From positions 4,838 to 68,837 of the forward strand of contig CBDCUJ010000011.1 of the NCBI GenBank assembly GCA_965222595.1: 64,000 nucleotides of DNA, in the 5' to 3' direction. The notes under the pieces are model-generated. The model made no database searches. It was not told where the DNA came from and was given only the letters and a program-made list of their open reading frames with translations. A program made the translations under genes and the position numbers. This document shows positions 1-8,662 of this stretch, piece after piece. The DNA comes from Dehalococcoidia bacterium. Lineage in GTDB: Bacteria > Chloroflexota > Dehalococcoidia > Lucifugimonadales > UBA3495. How positions within the stretch are numbered: the stretch's first letter is position 1; each line of letters begins with the position of its first letter.

Positions 1-587
1 GCTTTGTTGACCACGTAGACGTCGGCGATTTCCATCACGCCCGCTTTCAGCGCCTGGATGGCGTCGCCTGACTCTGGCATCAGGGCAACGAGAACGGAGT
101 CGGCCACTCCCACGATTCCCAACTCGGTTTGGCCGACGCCGACGGTTTCGACGATAACCAAGTCGATACCTGCCGCGTCCAGCGCTCTGGAGATGCTCTT
201 CACGATGCGCGGCAGGCCGCCGCTCTGCCCTCTGGTGGCGATGCTGCGGATGAAAACGCCGCTGTCCAGGTAATGGCGCTGCATCCGTATTCTGTCGCCC
301 AGCAGCGCTCCGCCGCTGTAGGGACTGGTGGGGTCGACCGCGATGATACCGACCCGTTTGTCCATGGAGCGGGCCACGCGGGTGAGTTGGTCGACGATCG
401 TGCTCTTGCCGGCTCCGGGCGGCCCGGTGATGCCTACGGTGTAGGCGTTCCCGGTCGCGGCGTCAACCGCCTTCATGATCGCGGCCGCAGCCGAATCACC
501 GCGCTCCAGCATGGATATGAGGCGGGACAACGCCCTCTGGTCGCCGGACCGGAGACGCTGCACAAAGTTTTTAGCGGGTGTGGCCAT
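1..587 (-). CDS. meaB: MeaB/ArgK-family G3E GTPase (methylmalonyl-CoA mutase accessory protein), N-terminal part; C-terminus runs off the window
   Basis: Own reverse translation from ATG at 587: MATPAKNFVQRL...GITGPPGAGKST (P-loop)...DPTSPYSGGALLGDRIRM...ETVGVGQ...VVNKA. Not in ORF track because there is no stop in the window. Confidence 0.8.
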   Translation of the reverse strand, partial: MATPAKNFVQRLRSGDQRALSRLISMLERGDSAAAAIMKAVDAATGNAYTVGITGPPGAGKSTIVDQLTRVARSMDKRVGIIAVDPTSPYSGGALLGDRIRMQRHYLDSGVFIRSIATRGQSGGLPRIVKSISRALDAAGIDLVIVETVGVGQTELGIVGVADSVLVALMPESGDAIQALKAGVMEIADVYVVNK

Positions 588-711
588 GCTGACGAACTCC
601 GGGAGAGCCGGGGTGTTATCCACTGCGGGGCACTGCGTCCGTTCGCCGCACAGTTTACTCCGTAACAAGCCCAGGAAAGCGGAACGACGACTGTTGGGGG
701 TCGTGGGAGGC

Positions 712-2913
712 CTAATGACGGAAGAGTCCGCCCTCGAACCCCCGACCGCCGGCCGTGATCAGCAGGTCGGGCCGGTTGCCCCAGCGTTTGAGAAAGCGGC
801 CGAAGTTCTTGCGGCTTAGCTCGTCCCGCTGGTTGTCGTCCAGCTCGGTCCACTGGCGGTGTTCGTGGCGCACCAATGGGAGAGACGAGTCCGCCACCAC
901 CCGGTAGCCCTTGTCCTTGAATTGGAAACAGTAGTCGATGTCGAGGTTTCGATAGAACCGGAACACCTCGCGCATCAGGCCCACCGTATTCACGGCATCC
1001 CGGCGGAATGCCATCATGTATGCCTGCATAGCGTCGGCGTCGCCGGAGTCCACTTCCTCGTGGAAGTGCTGCAGGTCATCGGTAGTGAGGCCGTAGGGCC
1101 CGAACACCCCGACCGTAGGGTCGCTCAATTGGGCCGCGACCGGGCCCAGCACGTCTCCAACTATCTCGGCGGACCCGTCGATGATGATGACGTGCTCACC
1201 AAGGCTCTGCTTGATTCCGATGTTCTTGCTGGCCGCGTCCCCGATTACGTGGTCGCAATGGACGACCCGGACGTTCGGGTGCTCCAGTTGCATCCCCTCC
1301 AGAAGTTCGCCGGTGCCGTCGGTGGAGCCGCTGTCGATAACGATAATTTCGGCGGAGCGGCCCTCGGAATGGCGAAGCATAGCGCTGACGCAACGTTCCA
1401 CGTCTTCGGGATACCCATACGCGTTCAGGACGAAGGTGAACTCGTACTCGGACGGCTGGCCGAGCCGGGACTCGACCTCGCGCGACGAAGAGACCGCGCC
1501 CCATTTCTCCAAGCGCCGCTCCATCGGCGTCTTGGGCCGGACGCGGGTGCCGTCCAAGGCGTCCTCAACCACGTAACCGTCGGCGGCCAGTTGATTCCTC
1601 ATCGAGTCGGCGGTGTCGAAGGTCTCCTGTTGTCTGAAGGTGTCCCGGTGCTTGACCGCGACCGCGATATCCTCGCCGACGTTATTGGCCGACGGCGATT
1701 TGTGCAGGTCGAGCCCAAACATCTGGTCGAACTCCAGGACCAGGTTGAGCTTGTGCCGGTCGGGAATTTCGGCGCGGACCATTTCCCAAGTGAGCGCTAC
1801 CGCGCCGGGGAGGTCAAGGTCGTTGTCGATGGTATCCCAGAAGCGCCGCCGGTACTCTTCGGCCAGTTCGCTGTGACCGTTTACTTCGGGCTGTTGGCTC
1901 CAGAGCCAGACCCGTTGGCGAAGGCCGGTCAGGGCCTTCTCCGCCGCCTTCAGGGAGGTGAAGGTAAAGTTCATCCGGTGACGATAGAGGACGGTCATGC
2001 AAAGATAGCGGAACGACAACGGATCGAAACCCCGTTCGATCAGCTCCTCGACCAAGAAGACGTTGCCGGACGACTTGGCCATCTTGGCGCCGTCGGCCAG
2101 CAGGTGTTGGCCGTGGACCCAGTAGCGAACGTGCTGTTCGCCGAAGGCCGACTCACTCTGGGCAATCTCGTCTTCGTGGTGAGGGAAGATGTTATCGACC
2201 CCGCCGGTGTGGAGGTCGAAACTCTGCCCCAGGTACTTGGAGGCCATGGCGGAACATTCGATGTGCCAGCCGGGGAATCCCGGCCCCCAAGGGCTGTCCC
2301 ATTTGAGGTCGCGCCCGGGTTCCGCCGCCTTCCAGAGGGTGAAGTCCCGCGGGTCCTGCTTGAGCGGGTCGGCCTCCGCGCGTACTCCCTCCAGCAGGTC
2401 GACTCCGGTGTTGCGGGAGAGCTTGCCGTATTCCGAGAAGCTGGGGACGTCGAAGTAGATATTCCCGCCTCTTTCGTAGGCATGACCTTTGGCCAGCAGC
2501 GTCTCGACAATCGCGATCATTTCCGGGATGTGCTGGCTGGCCCAAGGAAACACGGCCGCTTCCAGGATGTTGATCCTGGCCTCGTCGCGATGGAACCGGC
2601 CGGCGTACATCTCGGCGATTTGCTGGACCGTCCGGCCTTCCGCCAAGGCGGCCAGCAGCATCTTATCCCCGCCGGTCTCCACCAGCTCCTGGCGCATGTG
2701 GCCGACGTCGGTGATGTTCTTGACATGCTGGACCTGCTGGCCGTGGTGGAGCAGCGCCCGGCGAATCCAGTCGGCCATGAGGTAGGTGCGGAGGTTGCCG
2801 ATGTGGGCGTCACGGTAAACGGTCGGCCCGCAGGTATACATGCGGACCTTTCCGGGCTGGGCCGGTTCGATCTCTTCAACGCTCTTCGACAGGGTGTTGT
2901 AAATGCGCAGCAA
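712..2913 (-). CDS. cysS: Cysteine--tRNA ligase fused to a C-terminal GT2-like glycosyltransferase domain (733 aa)
   Basis: HIGN (HIGH), WHIECS, FPHHEDEIAQSE, KMAKSS (KMSKS) and a canonical CysRS C-terminal end at ~aa 425-460. Residues ~491-733 read FTFVLNAYGYPED...IVIDSGSTDGT...IIIDGS (GT-A/GT2-like). Confidence 0.85.
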   Translation of the reverse strand: MLRIYNTLSKSVEEIEPAQPGKVRMYTCGPTVYRDAHIGNLRTYLMADWIRRALLHHGQQVQHVKNITDVGHMRQELVETGGDKMLLAALAEGRTVQQIAEMYAGRFHRDEARINILEAAVFPWASQHIPEMIAIVETLLAKGHAYERGGNIYFDVPSFSEYGKLSRNTGVDLLEGVRAEADPLKQDPRDFTLWKAAEPGRDLKWDSPWGPGFPGWHIECSAMASKYLGQSFDLHTGGVDNIFPHHEDEIAQSESAFGEQHVRYWVHGQHLLADGAKMAKSSGNVFLVEELIERGFDPLSFRYLCMTVLYRHRMNFTFTSLKAAEKALTGLRQRVWLWSQQPEVNGHSELAEEYRRRFWDTIDNDLDLPGAVALTWEMVRAEIPDRHKLNLVLEFDQMFGLDLHKSPSANNVGEDIAVAVKHRDTFRQQETFDTADSMRNQLAADGYVVEDALDGTRVRPKTPMERRLEKWGAVSSSREVESRLGQPSEYEFTFVLNAYGYPEDVERCVSAMLRHSEGRSAEIIVIDSGSTDGTGELLEGMQLEHPNVRVVHCDHVIGDAASKNIGIKQSLGEHVIIIDGSAEIVGDVLGPVAAQLSDPTVGVFGPYGLTTDDLQHFHEEVDSGDADAMQAYMMAFRRDAVNTVGLMREVFRFYRNLDIDYCFQFKDKGYRVVADSSLPLVRHEHRQWTELDDNQRDELSRKNFGRFLKRWGNRPDLLITAGGRGFEGGLFRH

Positions 2914-3072
2914 TTTCTCGCCTCTCCTCTGGAGAGTAGGGCTAGTGTAGCACGTTTATTTCGTAATCGGCACCACTGCGGTTATGGATTTCCGCCGGCC
3001 GGCCTACCAGGAGGCATGAATTGCCTTGCTTAGCTCATGGTATCAGGCTCCGGGGCTTCGGTCCCATGGCGT

Positions 3073-4113
3073 TCACAATTCCTGTCGTTCGACACTCACG
3101 ATACGTCCGGTGCGGGCGGACTCGATGGCCGCTTCGGTTACTTGGGTCGCCTTAAACCCGTCGAGGCCGGTGGCCTGGGGTTCCCGGTCCTCCTCAACGG
3201 CTTTCTCGAAGTCTTCCAACTCGTCGACGAAGTTGGCCAAGTAGTCGTACTCGTAGGTCTCGGCCCGGTTCTGGGTAGCGCTGACCATTTCGGCCCGTCC
3301 CAGGCGGGCCTCCCAGATGGTCTCCTTGCCGGTGATGCGCCCGTCGGAGCCGTAAACGGCGAAGTCGTTATGCGTGTCGGGCAACATGCGGCCGCACAGG
3401 ACGCTGGCGATTGCGCCGCCGCTCATCCGCAGGGAGATGGACGCAATATGTTCCAGGGGCTGCCGCGCGGTCTGGCCGTCGGTCAGGGCCGTCACCTCGA
3501 CGATCTCCTCCTGGAGCAGGAAGCGGAAGAGGTCGAAGACATGAACGCCCAAGCCCATCAAAACCGAGGCCCCGCCCATGAACTCCGGCTGTTCCCACCA
3601 AGCCCGCAGGCCGGTGCGGGGCAGATGCTCCGATTGGCCGCGCTCACCGCGGCCCCATTGGCCGTGGGCCAATCGGATGCGGCCAATCGCTCCCTCCGCG
3701 ATCAGTTGGCGGGCCAACAGGTGCGCCGGGTGGAAGCGCAGCTCGAAGCCCAAGCCGAGCTTGACTCCGTTGTCACGGCAGGCCCGGACCATGTTCGCGG
3801 CATCCTCGATGCTCGTGGCCATTGGCTTCTCGGCCAGGACGTGCTTGCCGGCTTTTGCCGCCTGTATAGTCTGCACTGCGTGGAGCGCATTCGGCGAAGC
3901 GATGAACACGGCGTCCACCCTGGAATCGGCCAGCAAAGCATCCAGGTCAGAGTACGCCGCCTTCGCGTCGTGATTTTCGGCAAAGGCGTCAGCGCGGTCT
4001 TGGTCGCGGCTGTACACCGCCACCAACTTGCCGCCGTTCGCCTTGGCCATAGCCGGGGCAATCTTCAGATGAGGGTGGCTGCCGATTCCAACTATAGCCC
4101 AGCCTAGCGACAC
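3073..4113 (-). CDS. Gfo/Idh/MocA-family NAD(P)-dependent oxidoreductase
   Basis: 346 aa. N-terminal Rossmann segment WAIVGIGSH...VAVYSRD, family motif HVLAEKPMA. GTG start preceded by GAAGGAGG. Confidence 0.8.
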   Translation of the reverse strand: MSLGWAIVGIGSHPHLKIAPAMAKANGGKLVAVYSRDQDRADAFAENHDAKAAYSDLDALLADSRVDAVFIASPNALHAVQTIQAAKAGKHVLAEKPMATSIEDAANMVRACRDNGVKLGLGFELRFHPAHLLARQLIAEGAIGRIRLAHGQWGRGERGQSEHLPRTGLRAWWEQPEFMGGASVLMGLGVHVFDLFRFLLQEEIVEVTALTDGQTARQPLEHIASISLRMSGGAIASVLCGRMLPDTHNDFAVYGSDGRITGKETIWEARLGRAEMVSATQNRAETYEYDYLANFVDELEDFEKAVEEDREPQATGLDGFKATQVTEAAIESARTGRIVSVERQEL

Positions 4114-4133
4114 TTGCGCCTCCTTCTTTCGCT

Positions 4134-4194
4134 ACAGAGAACACAGAGCGAATAGTGTTATTTGGGTTTTCCCCGTAGCCTCTGTGTTCTGTGT
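4134..4194. repeat. Palindromic intergenic repeat, CACAGAG type, copy A
   Basis: ACAGAGAACACAGAG (4134-4148) pairs with CTCTGTGTTCTGTGT (4180-4194): 11 bp perfect plus 3 bp. Loop contains TTCCCCGTA, also present in copy B at 6071-6135. Confidence 0.55.
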
Positions 4195-4196
4195 GG

Positions 4197-5321
4197 TCAA
4201 TTACCCATCGGGAAGCGCTCGGGCGCGAAAGCCGCTATGGGGAGGGCGGTCTCGCCGCTGGTGATCAGGTCGGCGACGGACTTGCCGATGGCCGGGGCCA
4301 GCAGGACGCCCTTTTTGCCCGCGCCGGTGGCCAGGCAGACGTTGTCGCAGCCGGGCAGGCGGCCCAGGATGGGGAGCCAGTCGGGAGTCACCGGACGCAG
4401 GCAGGCGGTGTGTTTGGCGAGCCTCGCTTCAGCCAGTCCGGGGACGATGCGAGCTATTCTCCGCCGGATGTCCTGCTCGGTTTCCGCCAGAGGCCGACGG
4501 TCGAAACCGCGCCACTCTTCGGTGGTACCGCACCAGGCCAGGCCGTCGGGCTTGTTGTAGATGCTGCCGCCTCCGCCCGACACGTCACAGGTCAGAGGTC
4601 TATCCGCAGTATCAAGGCGCAGGATCTCTCCCTTGAGAGGGTCGACGGGTATGTAGGCGTCCAGCCACGCCTCGGCACGGCGCGACCAGGGACCAAGGGC
4701 CAGCACCACCCGGCCGCATTCGATGACGCCGTCTTCCAACGATACGCGGAGCGCCGCATTGCCGTCGACCTGAATCCCGCAGACGGTCCCCGGCCGGACC
4801 GACGCTGCGCCGCTTCCAGCGGCGGCGGCCAAGGCGCGGGTGAAGCCCAGACTGTCGAGGGCCGCGTTGCCGTATTCGCGCACTCCGCGGATGAAGTCGG
4901 GAGTGATGCGCGGCTCGAGCTCGGCGATGTGGCTGGGCTCCAAGAACTCCGCCTCGAAACCCTCGGCCGCCGTGAACAGGTCGACGGTCTCCCGCAACCC
5001 CGGCAGCTCGTCCTCTTCCAACGCCAGATGGACTGCGGACACGGTGCGAAACTCGTAATCGATGCCGGTCCGCTCCCGAAGCTCAGCGGCGAGGCCGTGG
5101 TGCATGCGGAACGATTCCCAGGCGAAGGCGCCCAGCGGGCCCGGAATGCCCGCGCCCCGCAGCGGGTTCAGCCCGCCGGCGGCGAAGCCCGAGGCCTGGC
5201 TGCCGATGCCCTCCCGCTCGATAATGGTCGACTTCACCCCGGCTTCCGCCAGGTAGTAGGCCACGGCACACCCGGCGGCCCCGCCTCCGATGATCGCCAC
5301 GTCGGTGGTGCTAGCTGTCAT
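4197..5321 (-). CDS. FAD-dependent oxidoreductase (DAO / glycine-D-amino-acid oxidase-like family)
   Basis: DVAIIGGGAAGCAVAYYLAEAG dinucleotide-binding motif near the N-terminus. Start moved to ATG 5321; the track start at 5429 reads through a hairpin element. Confidence 0.7.
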   Translation of the reverse strand: MTASTTDVAIIGGGAAGCAVAYYLAEAGVKSTIIEREGIGSQASGFAAGGLNPLRGAGIPGPLGAFAWESFRMHHGLAAELRERTGIDYEFRTVSAVHLALEEDELPGLRETVDLFTAAEGFEAEFLEPSHIAELEPRITPDFIRGVREYGNAALDSLGFTRALAAAAGSGAASVRPGTVCGIQVDGNAALRVSLEDGVIECGRVVLALGPWSRRAEAWLDAYIPVDPLKGEILRLDTADRPLTCDVSGGGGSIYNKPDGLAWCGTTEEWRGFDRRPLAETEQDIRRRIARIVPGLAEARLAKHTACLRPVTPDWLPILGRLPGCDNVCLATGAGKKGVLLAPAIGKSVADLITSGETALPIAAFAPERFPMGN

Positions 5322-5438
5322 CTCTTCCGCCTGCTGTCCACGTTGTAAGTGTTCAGTCCCGGTGAGGAGCCCCCGCCCCACCCTGCGGATACCGGCTTTC
5401 GCCGGTATGACGAAGGAGTACGCTTCCACGTCAGCCCG

Positions 5439-5468
5439 GTGACGGTGTCCGCCGGGTGGGGGTAGAAT
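5439..5468 (+). promoter_or_regulatory. Candidate sigma70-type promoter for the FmdB-like gene
   Basis: GTGACG (5439-5444), 18 nt spacer, TAGAAT (5463-5468). AGGAGG RBS at 5481-5486. Confidence 0.3.
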
Positions 5469-5491
5469 AAGTCAATATCGAGGAGGTCCAT

Positions 5492-5719
5492 ATGCCCATC
5501 TACGAATACTATTGCCGCCAATGCGAGCGGGACTTCGAGGTGATCCGGCCTGTGTCCCGGTCCGACGAGCCTGCGGACTGCCCGGAGTGTGGCGGTCCAG
5601 CCGAACGGCAGCTATCCAACTTCGCCTTCAAGTCCAACACCTTTACCGCGCCGAAGTTCAAGGCGTCGCTGGAGAAGCCGATGCGCTCCCGCAGCCAGGA
5701 CCCGGCGCCGGGCTCCTAG
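5492..5719 (+). CDS. FmdB-family zinc-ribbon protein (CxxC_CxxC_SSSS)
   Basis: MPIYEYYCRQCERDFEV...CPECGG, 75 aa, strong RBS. Confidence 0.75.
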   Translation: MPIYEYYCRQCERDFEVIRPVSRSDEPADCPECGGPAERQLSNFAFKSNTFTAPKFKASLEKPMRSRSQDPAPGS

Positions 5720-6060
5720 TTCTCTTGGCCGGCAGCCTGGGCGCGTGCGTTGTTGCAGACCAGGCAGGTGCAGGCAGCCCTTAAGGCCTTGTAGGTGTAG
5801 ATTCCGGTGTAGTGGGTGTCGCTCCAAAGGAACTGCATCCCGTAGTTGCCTACGGGCAGATGGTCCACCGCCCGCACGTCCTGCCGCACCGAGTCCGGGT
5901 CCAGCGTGACGCGCCCCGTCATCTCGTCGATGCAACTGGCGCAGGGACAGCGCAGCCGCAGGAAGCGGTGGGCGTAGGGACTGCGATGCCCGTCGTCCCA
6001 GAGGATGACAATGGCATTGCCTTCCAGGTCGATTTCTTGAGGAAAAACCGGCTCTTGCAT
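5716..6060 (-). CDS. DUF971-like small protein (gamma-butyrobetaine hydroxylase N-terminal-like Zn-binding fold)
   Basis: 114 aa. ILWDDGH...RCPCASC...Y..W.D.H.TGIY pattern recalled from DUF971 proteins. Confidence 0.6.
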   Translation of the reverse strand: MQEPVFPQEIDLEGNAIVILWDDGHRSPYAHRFLRLRCPCASCIDEMTGRVTLDPDSVRQDVRAVDHLPVGNYGMQFLWSDTHYTGIYTYKALRAACTCLVCNNARAQAAGQEN

Positions 6061-6070
6061 AATTATTCAT

Positions 6071-6135
6071 CACAGAGGGCACAGGGACCTCAGGGGACTC
6101 ACTATTATTCCCCGTATTAACCCCTGTGTCCTCTG
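6071..6135. repeat. Palindromic intergenic repeat, CACAGAG type, copy B
   Basis: CAGAGGGCACAGGG (6073-6086) pairs with CCCTGTGTCCTCTG (6122-6135): 14 bp including one G-U. Loop contains TTCCCCGTA as in copy A. Confidence 0.55.
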
Positions 6136-6158
6136 CGCTCTCGGTGGTTAAATCAAGA

Positions 6159-7919
6159 TTAAGGCGCCTGGACGTCGGCCAGCCGGGCGGGGCGCGGCAG
6201 TTCGTCGGGGTCAATGGGTATTTCGATGATGCTGGGCTTCCCCGCGTTCAGGGCTTCTTGGAAGGCGCTGCCGACATCCTCGGGGCGTTCCACGTAAAAC
6301 CCCACGCCGCCGAACAGCTCCGCGTACTTGTCGAACCTGGGGTTATTGGTGTCGGCCCCTATGTAGCGCTCGTTGAATGCGAACCGCTGGTAGGCTTTCT
6401 CCGACCCCCAACTCCCATTGTTCATCACCACCGAGACCACCGGGATGTTGTATTCGACGGCGGTGGAGAACTCTTGGGCGTTGAACAGGAAACCGCCGTC
6501 GCCGTTGAAGTTCACCACGGGCCGGCCAGGGGCGGCCAACTGCGCGCCCAGTGAGGCCGGGAAGCTGAATCCCAGGCCGCCCAAGTCCAAGGATGTCATC
6601 AGGCTGCGAGGCTCGAAATAGTCGAGCCGGTCCTGCCCGAAATTGGGAGCCAGCCCGGCGTCGAGGGACACGATGGCGTCCCGGGGCATCACCCGCCGCA
6701 GTTCCGCGTAGACTCGCTGCGGCTTCATCGGCAAGGTGTCGAGCCGCTCCTCGCCGCGCAGCCGTTCGGCCCGCCGGGAGCGCCAGCTTTCGATTTCGGC
6801 AACCCATGCCGGGTTGGGGCGGGGCTCTCGTTCCCGGACTAACTCCAGCAGCCCCTCCACCACCGCCTTGGCGTCGCCCTCGATTCCCACCGAGACGGGA
6901 TAATTGCGGCCGATGGCTTCGGGGTCGACTTCGATCTGGATGATGTTGACTTCGGGTTGGATGAAACGGTGGTCAAAGAAGGTCGTGGACTGGCCCAACC
7001 GCGTGCCCACCGCCAGTATGGTGTCGGCCTCCCGGGCCGCTTCGATCCCTTCCGGCGCGCCCAACCGGCCCAAATGGCCTAAGAAGTTGGGATGATCGCT
7101 GGGCACGGCGTCGGCCCGCCCATAGGAAGTGACGATGGCCGCCCCGGTAACCTCGGCCAGCCGGCACACCTCCGGTCCGGCGTTGCTCCACTGCACGCCG
7201 CCACCGGCCAGAATGACCGGGCGTTCCGAGGCCAGCAGCATCTGGGCCGCCTTTTGGATGAGCCCAATGTCGCCCCGGGCCCTGGTCTGGCCGGAGCGGT
7301 AGGTCTCGGGAGGCCGGGAGTCCAGCTCGATTTCACCGCCCGGCAGCAGGTCGCGGGGGATGTCCAGCAGCACCGGGCCCATGCGCCCGGAGGTGGCCAC
7401 CCGAAAGGCGTGACGCAGGGCGTCGGGGAGACGTTCGATGCGGTTGACGGGGAACGCCGCCTTGGTGATGGGCTTGAACAACGATACCTGGTCGAATTCC
7501 TGGGTCGAGTCCCGGTACTGGTGGCTTCGGGAAGCCGACGGCGCCAGCACCACCACTGGAGAATGAGCGACGTATGCCGAGGCGATGCCGTAGGTGAGGT
7601 TCAGGACTCCCGGCCCGTTCGTGACGAGGCAGACGCTGGGAGCGCCGGAGATCCGGCTGAAGCCGTCGGCCATGAGCGCGGCCCCCTGCTCGTGGCGCAC
7701 GCCGATGAATTTTATGTCGTCCCGGTCGTAAAGGGGATCGAGAATATCCAGGAACGATGAGCCCACAATGCCGAAAATGTGGGAGACGCCTTCCTGCCGC
7801 AGCAGTTCTATGACCGCTTCACCGGCCTTAAGTCGTGGGGCCAACTCCGCCACCTCCGGCCCGATTGGGCCCCGACCGGGCCTGGTCGGGCCTGTCCGAT
7901 GCCCACCGGAGTTTAACAT
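6159..7919 (-). CDS. Thiamine-diphosphate-dependent enzyme (acetolactate synthase large subunit / sulfoacetaldehyde acetyltransferase-like family)
   Basis: 586 aa. IFGIVGSS...GVRHEQGAALMADGFSR...NGPGVLN N-terminal Pyr domain. ThDP motif GDGGFLFN...VVMNNGSWG. True start may lie downstream of 7919. Confidence 0.8.
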   Translation of the reverse strand: MLNSGGHRTGPTRPGRGPIGPEVAELAPRLKAGEAVIELLRQEGVSHIFGIVGSSFLDILDPLYDRDDIKFIGVRHEQGAALMADGFSRISGAPSVCLVTNGPGVLNLTYGIASAYVAHSPVVVLAPSASRSHQYRDSTQEFDQVSLFKPITKAAFPVNRIERLPDALRHAFRVATSGRMGPVLLDIPRDLLPGGEIELDSRPPETYRSGQTRARGDIGLIQKAAQMLLASERPVILAGGGVQWSNAGPEVCRLAEVTGAAIVTSYGRADAVPSDHPNFLGHLGRLGAPEGIEAAREADTILAVGTRLGQSTTFFDHRFIQPEVNIIQIEVDPEAIGRNYPVSVGIEGDAKAVVEGLLELVREREPRPNPAWVAEIESWRSRRAERLRGEERLDTLPMKPQRVYAELRRVMPRDAIVSLDAGLAPNFGQDRLDYFEPRSLMTSLDLGGLGFSFPASLGAQLAAPGRPVVNFNGDGGFLFNAQEFSTAVEYNIPVVSVVMNNGSWGSEKAYQRFAFNERYIGADTNNPRFDKYAELFGGVGFYVERPEDVGSAFQEALNAGKPSIIEIPIDPDELPRPARLADVQAP

Positions 7920-7934
7920 ATGCCGGGAAGGTCT

Positions 7935-8288
7935 TTAGCCGAAGCGCCGGTACCTTCTGACGTTCATCCAAGCCAGAAACAATACCGCTATCGACTCCAG
8001 ACAAGCCACCATGGATACCAGCCCAATTCCTCCAAGATTTGTCAAAAAGACGGCTACCAAGGTGAAGCCAACGAAGGCAAGCGCCATCCCAAACCCGTAC
8101 CGGGCGCATTTATCGGAACCGCTGACAGTGCCAACGCTCACGCTAAGCGAAGCCAAGGCTCCAAGTCCCATAAAGGCCGCGAAGAGGCCCACCAAGTGTC
8201 CATCCAAGTCGGGACTCAGCAGACCGGGAACCAGGAGCGCAGTCAGGGCGAGATGAAACACCAAAAGGGCCGCTGCGACTAACGCCAA
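7935..8288 (-). CDS. Hypothetical small integral membrane protein (about 4 hydrophobic segments)
   Basis: 117 aa, strongly hydrophobic, 15 nt upstream of the ThDP enzyme gene. No family recognised. Confidence 0.4.
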   Translation of the reverse strand: MALVAAALLVFHLALTALLVPGLLSPDLDGHLVGLFAAFMGLGALASLSVSVGTVSGSDKCARYGFGMALAFVGFTLVAVFLTNLGGIGLVSMVACLESIAVLFLAWMNVRRYRRFG

Positions 8289-8569
8289 TCTTTCTCCCGC
8301 GCTACCGCCGTTAAGGCAAGCTTCCTGCCGCCGTGCTCACGCTTCCATTTTAGCTTAACGGCGGCCGCTTCTTTCGAAAGCGGAGTCCGACCGCGGAATG
8401 CCAACCTGGTCCAGCCGGTTACCCAGGCGGTTAGAATGACGCCCAATGAACACGTATCCGGGCGGCGGCTCGAACGCCCGATTGCGGCGGTCGAACGTGG
8501 ACGTGGCAAAGCGGGCCGTGGCGGTGACTCTCTCCCTTGGCTGCTACCTCTGGCGATATTGCCGCGAAA

Positions 8570-8598
8570 TTGACGGGCCTCAGACACCTACGTAGAAT
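8570..8598 (+). promoter_or_regulatory. Candidate sigma70-type promoter for the crotonase gene
   Basis: TTGACG (8570-8575), 17 nt spacer, TAGAAT (8593-8598). Confidence 0.4.
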
Positions 8599-8662
8599 CG
8601 GTACGTCGGACGGGCCAACAGGACGCCCAAACAAGTCCCGACAGGTTGGAAGGGGGTCTCGG

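Noticed and set aside
859-3033. 724-aa + strand ORF covering the whole cysS region
   Set aside because: It is antisense to a gene with unmistakable CysRS motifs. Its low-complexity R/G/A/V/P-rich translation is typical of shadow ORFs in GC-rich DNA.
5389-5408. ATACCGGC-TTTC-GCCGGTAT hairpin (GAAA tetraloop on the - strand), translating as VIPAKAGI in the over-extended track ORF
   Set aside because: It resembles REP-type elements known from other bacteria, but only one copy is visible in this window. Used only as a reason to trim the FAD-oxidoreductase start to 5321.
8289-8569. Possible tRNA, ncRNA or riboswitch in the 370-nt divergent intergenic region, which has an 11-bp stem CCGCCGTTAAG...CTTAACGGCGG and a CCGCTT...AAGCGG hairpin
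   Set aside because: No tRNA cloverleaf, T-loop (GTTCRANYC) or known riboswitch core was recognisable by eye. Left unannotated apart from the promoter candidate.
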